Assembly: GCA_028023455.1 (NCBI GenBank)
Contig: JAQFVV010000004.1
Coordinates: forward strand, 5,332,001-5,396,000
DNA length: 64,000 nt
Direction of reading: 5' to 3'
Origin: Epiperipatus broadwayi
Lineage: Eukaryota; Animalia; Onychophora
The notes beneath the pieces are model-generated. The model worked only from the letters and a program-made list of their open reading frames with translations, made no database searches and was not told where the DNA came from. The position numbers and the translations under genes were made by a program. Positions 13,452 through 24,984 of this stretch are shown here, piece after piece; the first letter of the stretch is position 1, and each line of letters begins with the position of its first letter.

Positions 13452-14517
13452 TAGGGATCACCCATTACACATGCGCATAAACTAATAAACTCTTTTAAGG
13501 AATGCTTTCCTTTCCAAACACCAGATATAGAATGAAGTCATTGTACTTTTTTAACCTAAATGTATATGTATAGGCAAATCGTAAGCATTTGGAAATGAGA
13601 GTGTGAAAATATTAATTAATCACTTTTAATTCCATTTGTTATATTTTAATTATTGATGTCTGTGAAATTTTTACAATTTACGGCATGTCAGTATTAGGTG
13701 CAATATTAAACATATATATAATAAATTATTTATTCATACAGGGCTACGTTTTAATCTGTAACCATCATTAATATTTCTTAAGTGTTTATTAGTTTACAGT
13801 ACATATGAAGTGGGTAATCTCTAATGATTGTTACAGATTAAAACATAGCACTATATAAATAAATTAACTTATTATATATATGTTTAATATTACATCTAAT
13901 ACTGATGTGCCTTAAGTTGTAAAAATTTTGCAGACATCAATAATTAAAATATAGCAAATGGAATTAAAAGTGATTAATTAATATCTTCACATTCTCATTT
14001 CCAAATGCTTAAGATTTACCTATACATTTATGTTAAAAAGATAGAACAGATTCATTCTATCTTTTCATTTTGTGTTTAGAAAAGGAAGCATTCCTTAAAA
14101 GTATTTATTAGTTTATAGAGCATTGTAGTGGGTGATCTCTAATGATTGTTACAGATTAAAACATAATGCTATATAAATAACTCATTATATATATGTTTAG
14201 TATTACATTTAGTACTGATGTGCTATAAATTGTAAAAATTTTGCAGATGTCAGTAATTAAAATGTAGCAAATGGAATTAAAAGTGATTAATTAATATCTT
14301 CACACTTTCATTTTCAAATGCTTAATATTTGCCTATACATATATGTTTAGGTTAAAAGGGGTAGAGTGGATTCATTCTATCTTTTCAAAAGACTTTATCT
14401 TTTGTTTGGAAAAGAGAGCATTCCTTAAAAGTGTTTATTAATTTACAGCATGTGTAGTGGTTAATCCCTAATGATGGTTACAGATTAAAATATAGCACTA
14501 TATAAATAAATAACTCA
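13452..14517. mobile_element. Tandem/foldback array of a ~320-331 bp unit flanked by a 16-nt direct repeat
   Basis: One unit forward (13452-13770), then about 2.3 units inverted (unit starts near 13777, 14092, 14423). ttataaattacaaaat is identical at 13436-13451 and 14518-14533. Confidence 0.85.
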
Positions 14518-17500
14518 TTATAAATTACAAAATGAAAATTATCTTGAAGAATCCTATTTCCAATATTGCTTAATAAAAAGCGAGTAGAAAAAGTCTCTAG
14601 ATTTGGATGAATTTCTGAATATATGAAATTTAACTCACACACATACACCTTGTTTATATTTTAATTTGTATTTCAACAATAAACACTTCCATGTATTTTA
14701 TTTCAGTTCATTGTTGTATTTCGTGCAGAAATGTATATAATGTGCTCCAATCTCCTACCTAATTTGATTTTACTAAAGTTAGATTAGTTTATGAACTAAA
14801 CAAAAAGTGTAGAAAGTCATCTTGACGATTTTTTTTTACTAATATTATATTATTTCTCTCATATGATTTTTTTTTTTAATATAATAACTGAAATTTTGTT
14901 TTGTTTTAGCAATTATAATGATTCACTCCAAAATAAACAAATAAATAATTGATCGTTATATATATTATTTATTTTAGTAATGCAGTATTTGTGCAATAAC
15001 TTGATTACAAATTTTTATAGATTTGCTTTTTTGGTTAAAATGAATATTGAATAAGAAAATTTTGCTAAAAGTATTTAAATCTTTTTTATTATTCATGAAT
15101 TTGAAAATTTAAATTATAGCTTACTCAGGATTAGAGCAAAAGTAATAATTAAACCATAGAATAAAAATGAGAAAAGAGAATACATAAGTAAAAATTGTGC
15201 AGTAGAGTACAATAATTTACTATGAATATTAGAGATTAAAATTTTTTATCTCAGAAATAAGAATAAAAAATTGAGAATATTAGTGTTTCATTAAAACTAA
15301 AAGCAGTGCTACAATTACTAACAGCAAATTTATTTCAGTTTAATAATTGGAAAGTTGTAGAAAAAGACAAATAATAAAAGAAAATTATTAGTATCATTAA
15401 TAAGCAAAATTATATGCAAAAAAAGTGTAGGATAAAAAAAATCTCATCTTTAATGTTTTCTAAAATGAACAATTATTGGAGGATGTGTAAAGCAACCCCC
15501 AGAAATGATAATTTTAACATTTACCTTATGCAACATAAGAAATAAGTTTGCCATGTCTTTTGTATGCAGATTCATTATCATTTATGTTTTGATTAAGTCT
15601 ATGATACAACTGCATTAATAAAATCATATGAAATGGATATTCAGAATTTAGTCTGCCCAATCTATTTAAGGCATAAGGAGTCAGATCAGAAACAATGATA
15701 GAAGGTATAAAACTTGATAAACTTTTGCTTGTGCAAAGATTTTTTAGGCACAATTTGTAAAATTTGCAAATTAAGTATCTTCCCCTACTATAGTTGGTTT
15801 GTCAGATATTTGTGAAATTTTCTATTAAACTTTTATGAAATCCCTTTTGAAATGATACTATAAAACATGTTTTCTGTGGAACATCTAATGTATTGCTATT
15901 GAAACAATCATCCTGTATATATATTTGCCATTTATATTGTGGTTAACCACAAAATATATGGACAGTCAGATTGATAAGGATATAATTGACCTATTATGCT
16001 CATTCAAATATGATATGCAGCAACTAGAAATAAAAAAGAAATTTGTTTGAAGACACATTAAGTTTTAAAAAGTATCATTATTTTTCCAAATCTATTCTGT
16101 ATATATATATATATAAAATGGTAAATGAAATGGAAAGTAGTACCAAATGACACTGTTCACTATAGACAGTAACCAAAATAATGTTATAACTTCAAATAAT
16201 AAATAATGACAACCTTTAGGATTTTAATGTTAAAAACAATAACTATCTGAACATTTACAATGAAAATAAGTATATCATATGTGTGTAATCACTGTAACAA
16301 GATCTTATATAAGTGTTTGTTTATGTTGCAATAAAGTTCCTTTGAAACTAAAAAGAACAAACTGTTGTTAAAAATCTAACCAAAAATGAGCATCTCTAGT
16401 AAAAAATACAGTGATCTGAATAAGTATTAATAGTTATTTATTTAATAATAACTTTGTTCTAGCATAATTAAATATATATTAACATGTATTTTGTGAAATA
16501 CTTAAAACTTAGCTAACATGGGGAAAAATAGAACTTCAATTTCTCATCTTAGATAACTTATATATTTCATAATTAAGTAGGAGTAAAATTAAATTTTTAA
16601 ACAGAAACACAGAATCTTTAGTAAAAAAAAATATTAATAATTATTTATTTAACAGTAAATTTGCACTAACCTAATTAATAAAAGAATAAAATATAGTGTG
16701 TGCATGTTAAATATATTTTAAATTAAAAAAATAATATTCAGCATTTGTGTGTGTGTGTGTCTTTGGAAAAAAAGAATGACGGAATTTTGTCAGCACTGAA
16801 GGCTTGGAAGAGAGTGGGAGCAGAGCCCTCTAGTAAAAAATCTAAAATTGTTATTTGAATATTTCAGAGAAATATAAAGTGAAAGTTTGAATTATCTATT
16901 AAATTTATTAAAAGACTATTTTATGCTTCAGTAGTGAAATTTTAAGTTCTTTCTGTTGAGGCAGGTCAATGGCTGCAATTTAAATTTCAAATTGAGTGAT
17001 TCATATTAACAATTTCGTCCAATCTCACTATATTTATGCCATCTAGTATAAGCTTTACCAATCTATTGATGCTAGATGGTAGTGCTTAACAAAAAATATA
17101 AGCAAAGATCATGTGATATTTTGTTGGTTGTATCTTATTAATTCACATTATCTAATTATAAACAAAGATCTTATTGATAAAGGCATGTTTTTAATTAACT
17201 CCAAATTTCAAGAGAAAAAGCAATTATTATCATCATACTTCAATGAAAGGTGTCCGTTTCTTTTCATATAAACAATTAAATGTGTGAGAACCTTTGAGCT
17301 ATCATAGAAAATGAAGCTGGATAGTAAAATGATGACTTCGTTTCAAGTATTTATATGCCATATTGAATTGTCTATAATATTTATTTGATAATAGATATTT
17401 TTAGTATAGGAATCATAAAAAAAATCAAGTACATTTGAACACTTGTTTTTTTCTTTAATAAATTGAATTATGACTACCTTAAATTATAAAAAAAAAATTT

Positions 17501-17649
17501 ATATCAATTTTTTTCAGCTGTTTACAGATTAGGATTTCTGGTATTACTCAGATATGTACATGGTATACTAAATACTTTTGTATTTTTTTATAATTATTGA
17601 TTTTATCGTTTCTAGAAATTGGCAATATGATATATTACAATATAATAAA

Positions 17650-17714
17650 AACTAGAAGTAAATACAAATATCTTTTATATATGGTGTAAAAGATATTTGT
17701 ATTTATTTCTAGTT
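17650..17714. repeat. Short hairpin (28-bp arms, 9-nt loop)
   Basis: aactagaagtaaatacaaatatctttta / taaaagatatttgtatttatttctagtt, with one G-T mismatch. Confidence 0.8.
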
Positions 17715-18017
17715 ATTAATTTTGTTACTCCTAGAAATGTAGTACAATATGAAGTTTAGTGTGATTCTTTACAAGAAGATTGGATAGTCTATAATTTGAA
17801 AATTACTTGTGTGGGTTTGTAAAGACTATATGCTATGAACAAAGTATATATTTAACCAAAACAGTTTTATATATATTCCTTTAATAAGTCTAAAAATGAA
17901 ATTTGGAAATAAGTGCATTTCAGTGCCAATAAAGACTAAAAGTTTTCAAAATCAGTATAATTCTGAAGAGATGGTAATCAATTGCTACATATGCACTGTA
18001 CTGTCATATTAATCAAT

Positions 18018-18156
18018 ATTGTTTTGTTGAATATGAGGAAACTCTTGATCCAAGTCACATGATAGAGATTTTGAAAAGATAAGAGCAACCATCTTATCTT
18101 TTCAAAGTCTGTCATGTGGCTTGGATCAAGAGTTTCCTTATATTCAATAAAACAAT
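18018..18156. repeat. MITE-like hairpin (~65-bp arms, ~7-nt loop)
   Basis: attgttttgttgaatatgaggaaactcttgatccaagtcacatga...gaaaagataaga pairs with tcttatcttttcaaag...tcatgtggcttggatcaagagtttccttatattcaataaaacaat. Confidence 0.85.
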
Positions 18157-21100
18157 GTTAGTTAGTAAATATCTTAGTCAATTACAAAATCAGTATAATA
18201 ACTGTATTTCAAATATAGATAATCTTAGAGCCCTTGTTGATTATATAATGTTATAACTAATCTTTTAAGCATGTTACTGACAGATATATGTATCAAATGA
18301 AGTGATGCTTTTATTTTATACAAAATTAAATCATTAAGTTGTGAGTGGATTATTTTCAATTTTACTATGATTGTTTTTGAAATAAATTCAACTGATATAA
18401 TTTTTTTGACTGACACTTGTCAAAGATCAAAAAAAATTATTCACTCACTATCATAATACAGAATAATCATTTGTTTATTAATAATGAGCATTCTATAGAT
18501 GGTTATTTCTGAGTTATATATATGACAACCTTTTTAATAGTTCTATTTATGTATTATTAATAACACACACAAAAATAAATAAATGAGATACCTTCAATCA
18601 ATATGTTCAAATGCAAAATATAAGTTTTGTATTAGAAAGGCAGACCAGATAAATTCATATTCTAAAAAGTATTTCCATGGATAAGAATATAAAATAAATC
18701 ATTTTACAAGAAATAAGGAAGTTGGTATTAACTGTTATTAAACTTGTTAATAGCTTTAAAATAGATATTGTTATGGTAGTTAATGGAAATGTCATCACTA
18801 ACTTGTTTTGCTATTTTATAAATATTGTTATTCTTGTGAGAAATTAATAATATTAACAATTTAAAATTAATTAAGCATAGTTTTTTTTTTGTGTGTGTGT
18901 GTGTGGCAAATTAATTATTGCCTACATTTTGTATTCTACTAAAAACAAAATTCAAATGCAGAAATTGAGATACAAAGTGTATTCTAAAATAGATAAATAA
19001 AAGTTGAACTTGATTTTTTAAAAAATACAAAATGGAGACATAAATTATATAATAACATGTAAGAGTTCGAAATTGTGGTGTTTCTGCATCTGCAAGAAAT
19101 GTTGAAAATTAGTGATAGTTACTTTAAATTGTTTTAATGTTAATCTTATGAGTAATTTAGTATGTATTGTATTTTTTTTTATGTAGAAGAGTAAATTAAA
19201 TTATTTTTTAAATTATGGACAATATTTATTGTCAAGGTAGTGAATTATTATCATTTGCCAAAACAGTTTTGTAAATGTTAAATGTAAATGTTAAGCACAT
19301 GTAAAAATATTTGTGTAGAGTTAGAATTATATTAAGTTTACTAATAAATAAAAAAAATTAAAACAAAACAAACAGGAGTATACAACGTTAAGCACCTTGA
19401 TTACAAGTATAAGAGTTTGTTCATCAGTTATTTGCTTATTTTAATTTCACAAACCATTCATTCAGTTTTTATGATTTTTTTTTTTTTTTATGTATAATTT
19501 TATTCCTCTTTTTCATTGATTTTTTTTTTTTTAATTTCACAGTTAGTTGAAGTACAGAACTGTACAGCATTAATATTAGTATAGGCATGACTACTTTTCA
19601 AAAGATAAATACTAAATAAACAATTGAAATTCACTTTATTCATAAAATAAAAATTTGATGGGAAATTTAAAAATATCAAGATAATTAAGATTTTTAAAAA
19701 AAAAAAATCAATTTGTTTCTTACAAACATTATTACTAAGGACTTTATTAGTCAAAACAAAAAATATAAAATTTGCTTCTCATCTTTTAGCCTATATAATA
19801 TATTTATTTGCATATAGATAAATTTTACATCAAAAGATACATGATGAACTTTCACCATAATTCGTTGATGAAGATTGTTTTCGTTTTTCATAATTTTTTA
19901 TCAGACAAAAAATAAAAATTAGTTAATCAAACACTAATTTTTAATCTCATCAAAAGGATGAAAGTATTTTAGTTGTATCATTGACAGATTAAGCTAGGTT
20001 AAAAATTATTGTTGTGCAGTATACTATTGTTATTGTATGTACATATATATTCTCTGTTTAAAGTTAGGTTGATATTCTACACAGTAAGTTATATGGTTAA
20101 ACATTAAGCCTTAATCTTTAGTGATAACTTATTATTGCTTATAATCACCATCATATCCCTCTATTAATATTTTTTTTAACATTTTATTATTTAATGTCAC
20201 ATTTTTAATTTTAAAATTCATTAGTTAATAAATTCTTTGACAATAGACTAAATTAAAGAAGAAAGATCTTCAAATATTTCCAACAGTTACTATCTTCAAA
20301 CTCATGCAGAGCAAAATAGCTATATTTAAATTGTTTTCCAAAATTTTAAACAAATCTGGAAGAAATTTCCCTCAGTTATTTGATCTTAAATAATGGGTAT
20401 ATGAATAATGGAACCTTTGCCTCAACCGCCAGATTGGATATTGAAATCTTAAATTTGGTGTTTGAAATCAATTAATATTTTTCTATTTTTAAATTTTTTT
20501 TTGCCAAACTTCAATAAATTTTTTACTTTTTTTTTGAAAGATCAATTTGTCATATCACTCATTCTTTCTGAAATATAGATATATTCTCTCCAATTTTTTA
20601 ACACTTAAAAAAATAAAATCCTCTTTTTTTTTAACATTATATGTTTTCTTTTTTTGTTGTTGTTGTTGCAACACACTTCTGATAAATCTATTATATATAT
20701 TTTTTTCAAGTGGTACTTCTATATAATTCATTTTGTCACTATTACTGTATTATTCATTTTTTATTTATATGAGAATTAGATTACATTGCTTTACTATCAA
20801 ATGCGGTGTTAGATCAAAATAGTTTCCATTCTCTCCTGGATTAATGATCTGTAAGTTTTAAATGGGAGTTCAGGAAATTATAGACACAAATGGGATTGTT
20901 TGTGTGTACGTATATCGATGTATGTGCAGATATGTTGTACACATTAGTTTTAAAGGGGATTGTTTTTATGGCTAGTTTAACTCTTTTTGATTGATTCGTT
21001 TACAAGTTGATTAGCTAAATAAATTCCAGTAAGTGATGGATGTACTTCCTGTAAGTTTTGCTAATACTGGAGAATTTTTTTTTTTTGCTCAAATTGTTCA

Positions 21101-21712
21101 CTGTAAAGTTGATTTTTTTCAAAAGAAAAAAAGTAATGTGTAACATCTGGTGGTAAGATTCATCATGATTGAGACTTAGTGTTTGCAGACACGTGCTAGG
21201 CAACTGTCACTCCATCAGTGAATTAGATGCCTTTGATTTAAGATATAAAAGAAAAAAAGATCTGCATGAAATATTATAAGATGATAATTAACAGATGAGT
21301 GAACAGCTTAGGATTTTTATTTAATTACAGATTATTATATATATTTAAATTATATGTAAGTATACTTTAGTTATTAACTAAAACTATTATTTTAGGAAGA
21401 GAAGTAATTATAAAATGTTTTATAAATGTTAAAAATCTTTCATGTAATTTATCTGTGTATATGTATATATGAATGTATATGAAAGTTTTCTGTTGGAAAG
21501 ATTTATATCTCTATATGCAGTACATTATATGAATACAATGTTAGCAACAATGTACTTCACAATATTATTATAAAACCATTTTTTGTTTGAAAACACAGTT
21601 GATGCTTACCAGTTCACACTAGATTTCTGGGTTTTGGCATTTGTCCATGAGAGGAATAATTTTCATATGTTATTACAATTTTAGATTGAAGTTATCTTCA
21701 AGTTATTAACGT

Positions 21713-21850
21713 GAATAGCATATTAGAAGTAAAAGTAAATTCATGGATAGATATTTTTAATTCAGTGTTACTACAATTTTTAAATGTTATTAGCTTGAAT
21801 AGCATATTAGAAGTAAAAGTGAATTCATGGATAGATACTTTTAATCCAAT
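21713..21850. repeat. Local tandem duplication, period 84 bp
   Basis: gaatagcatattagaagtaaaagt(a/g)aattcatggatagata at 21713 and 21797. Confidence 0.8.
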
Positions 21851-22653
21851 ATTATTTATTGATTGATTATTCTAAATAGCTTTTAGAATATTGTGTTGTG
21901 AATTATTAGTATCAGTGTAAATTTTAAATATAAGTTAAAATTACTGTAGTTCTTTGTTTTAGTATTGTATGAATGTATATGTGATTTACTTTATTTAGAT
22001 AAAGTTTCAGCATATGATTGAGACATTTGCAAAAAAAAACATGAGTCCATGAATAGAATAAATGGAAAGAAGTACTTTGAAATAAGAATATAATGCAAAA
22101 AAATAAGTTATTAAATTCCTTCCAAATGAGAATATATAGAAAAATATTTTTTTAAAAAAAAAAATTGAAGTAGAAATGAATTTCACATACTACAAGAATA
22201 AGAATAATAATTCTTTGTCACAGATTGAATATTACACAGTAGATTATGTGAACCAGCACATAATATTTGATTATTGTTAGTAATACTTTGTCATTGTTTG
22301 CTAACCTTTTAATACAATTTATTATGAATTCTTTACATCATTAAGATGCTACCATCTTATATCTTTTTTTATTATTGTTAAATCCAAAAGAAGTATTTAC
22401 TTATTATATTAAAATATTATTTACAAAAAAGCTTGATTATTATCTTAAATTTTTCACTACAATGAGAACAGTAATTTTTAGTTAGTTTTAAATTTACACT
22501 TTTTATAATTAAATATTTGAAAACCAGGCACTCTTCACAAACCTGGGAGCTTAATTGTAAGTATAGAGGATTTGAACTCAGATTTTCAAGCACCCTTCAA
22601 CTATCCACACTATCTCATACAACCGATACACATGACCACACACATGTAGAAAA

Positions 22654-22721
22654 GATTAATAATCACCAATATACATATTTCATGTTAAACCAGCACTCAT
22701 CAGTTGGTCCAGATTATCATC
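22654..22721 (-). ncRNA. Type I hammerhead ribozyme, copy 1
   Basis: Minus strand: ACCAA-CUGAUGA-GUGCU-GGUUU-AACAU-GAAA-UAUGUA-UA^UUGGU. One C-A mismatch in stem II. Helix III is AUAUGUAU. Confidence 0.75.
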
Positions 22722-23130
22722 TCTCACACATATATATAATCAATGCTCAGTTTATATTAAGATAGCAAATCTTCCTACTTTAATGGACAGGCTTCAATCC
22801 ACTGCAACCTCCAACTTTTCAGCTATCCATATCATTGAAAATCTGATGATGAAAACTCAAATCCCATGCTGATGTTAATATTATTGCCATGCCCATGTTG
22901 ACCTGATGTCACTCTGACCCCTCATGTATAGGACAGTATCCATTAAATACATACAAGAGGGATGGACAGGATACAAGCTTGATATGTAAATATTTGAAAA
23001 CCAGGCACTCTTCACAAACCTGGGAACTTAATTGTAAGTATAGAGGATTTGAACTCAGATTTTCAAGCACCCTTCAACTATCCGCACTATCTCATACAAC
23101 CGATACACATGACCACACACATGTAGAAAA

Positions 23131-23198
23131 GATTAATAATCACCAATATATGTATTTCTTGCTAAACCAGCACTCATCAGTTGGTCCAGATTATCATC
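23131..23198 (-). ncRNA. Type I hammerhead ribozyme, copy 2 (impaired)
   Basis: Minus strand: CUGAUGA-GUGCU-GGUUU-AGCAA-GAAA-UACAUA-UA^UUGGU. The 10.1-11.1 pair is a G-A mismatch. Confidence 0.65.
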
Positions 23199-23630
23199 TC
23201 TCACACATATATATAATCAATGCTCAGTTTATATTAAGATAGCAAATCTTCCTACTTTAATGGACAGGCTTCAATCCACTGCAATCTCCAACTTTTCAGC
23301 CATCCATATCATTGAAAATCTGAAGATGAAAACTCAAATCCCATGCTGATGCTAATATTATTGCCATGCCCATGTTGACCTGAAGTCCATCCCTCTTATA
23401 TGTATTTAATGGATACTGTCCTATACATGAGGGGTCAGAGTGACTTCAGGTCAACGTGGGCATGGCAATAATATTAGCATCAGCATGGGATTTGAGTTTT
23501 CATCTTCAGATTTTCAATGATATGGATGGCTGAAAAGTTTGAGGTTGCAGTGGATTGAAGCCTGTCCATTAAAGTAGGAAGATTTGCTATTTTAATATAA
23601 ACTGAGCATTGATTATATATGTGTGTGAGT

Positions 23631-23698
23631 GATGATAATCTGGACCAACTGATGAGTGCTGGTTTAGCATGAAATACTTATATTGGTGATTATTAATC
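23631..23698 (+). ncRNA. Type I hammerhead ribozyme, copy 3
   Basis: CTGATGA 23649-55, stem II GTGCT/AGCAT with loop GGTTT, GAAA 23671-74, helix III ATACTTAT, predicted cleavage after A23682. Stem I is ACCAA/TTGGT, plus ATAATC/GATTAT beyond a TGG bulge. Confidence 0.8.
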
Positions 23699-24105
23699 TT
23701 TTCTACATGTGTGTGGTCATGTGTATCGGTTGTATGAGATAGTGTGGATAGTTGAAGGGTGCTTGAAAATCTGAGTTCAAATCCTCTATACTTACAATTA
23801 AGCTCCCAGGTTTGTGAAGAGTGCCTGGTTTTCAAATATTTACATATCAAGCGTGTATCCTGTCCATCCCTCATATGTATTTAATGGATACTGTCCTATA
23901 CATGAGGGGTCAGAGTGACTTGAGGTCAACACGGGCATGGCAATAATATTAGCATCAGCATGGGATTTGAGTTTTCATCATCAGATTTTCAATGATATGG
24001 ATGGCTGAAAAGTTGGAGGTTGCAGTGGATTGAAGCCTGTCCATTAAAGTATGAAGATTTGCTATCTTAATATAAACTGAGCATTGATTATATATATGTG
24101 TGAGA

Positions 24106-24173
24106 GATGATAATCTGGACCAACTGATGAGTGCTGGTTTAGCATGAAATACGTATATTGGTGATTATTAATC
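24106..24173 (+). ncRNA. Type I hammerhead ribozyme, copy 4 (best preserved)
   Basis: CTGATGA 24124-30, stem II GTGCT/AGCAT, GAAA 24146-49, perfect palindrome ATACGTAT (24149-24156). Predicted AUA-triplet cleavage after 24157. Bulged stem I as in copy 3. Confidence 0.88.
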
Positions 24174-24984
24174 TTTTCTACATGTGTGTGGTCATGTGTA
24201 TCAGTTGTATGAGATAGTGTGGATAGTTGAAGGGTGCTCGAAAATCTGAGTTCAAATCCTCTACTTTTTATAATTGTAATTTATTTGGTTTTTTCATGTC
24301 AACCCTCCCCCCCCCCCAATAAACTTAATTTTTAAGCTTTTAAATTATGTATTCATTATCTTCTTTTTTTTTTCACAAAAGTTTTTATTGTTTCATTTAC
24401 CCCTAGCCAAAACCTTTTTATTGATCATATTTTTTTATACAATATTTGGATCCTGTGGTTATTCTTATTTATCTTTCATTTCATTTTCAACTTACCTTGC
24501 TTTGTTTTTTTTTTCATATGAATCATTTTTCTCAATTTCTAATTAAGGATTTTTTTTTTCTGAAACTAGGTTTTTTTAATTATAGAAAATGAAGCAAGTT
24601 AATTATTTTATTAGCATATTATCATAACAAAAATTATTATAGTTAATACAAAAATGCTCAAAATAGTTCATTAAGAAAATTTGCAAAATATTTAAGCAAT
24701 AGATTTTATTCTAATTATAGCAAATAATGGTGTTGTATAATTATGTAATAGATAAATTAATAGATACTGATTTAAAGTATACTCATGGCCATTTTGAATT
24801 CTAAGGACCACCCAAAATCCCCGTTGACACAGCCAAGCAATAAATGACATTGAATAATCCATACATGGTTGCAATATGACCATTCATTACAAAATCACAA
24901 TTTACATCAATATTTGAAAAATTAAAGCATAAATTTTGTACAACTATGCTTGATTAAATCACATGACTAAAATATAAAAAATGT

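Larger units (their letters stand above)
22511..24262. mobile_element. Retrozyme-like concatemer: ~477-bp hammerhead units, two on minus then two on plus, 13-bp TSD
   Basis: Unit starts at 22511 and 22988 (period 477; 11 differences over 400 nt by manual count). Orientation flips at 23385-23387 (shared GTC). Inverted units have period 475. actttttataatt flanks both sides (22498-22510, 24263-24275). Each unit holds one type I hammerhead. Confidence 0.9.

Noticed and set aside
15526-15753. 75-aa minus-strand ORF ending near a GT donor-like site
   Set aside because: The stop codon precedes the donor, I recognise no homology, and no partner exons were found.
22843-22862. CTGA(T/A)GATGAAAACTC on the strand opposite the real hammerhead
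   Set aside because: It has core-like words but no stem II and no pairable stem I.
22517-23874. Repeated 82-95 aa ORFs (MKTRHSSQTWELNCK...) in the 477-bp units
   Set aside because: The 22517 and 22979 ORFs use TTG starts, I recognise no domain, and they lie antisense to the ribozyme. They recur only because the DNA is repeated.
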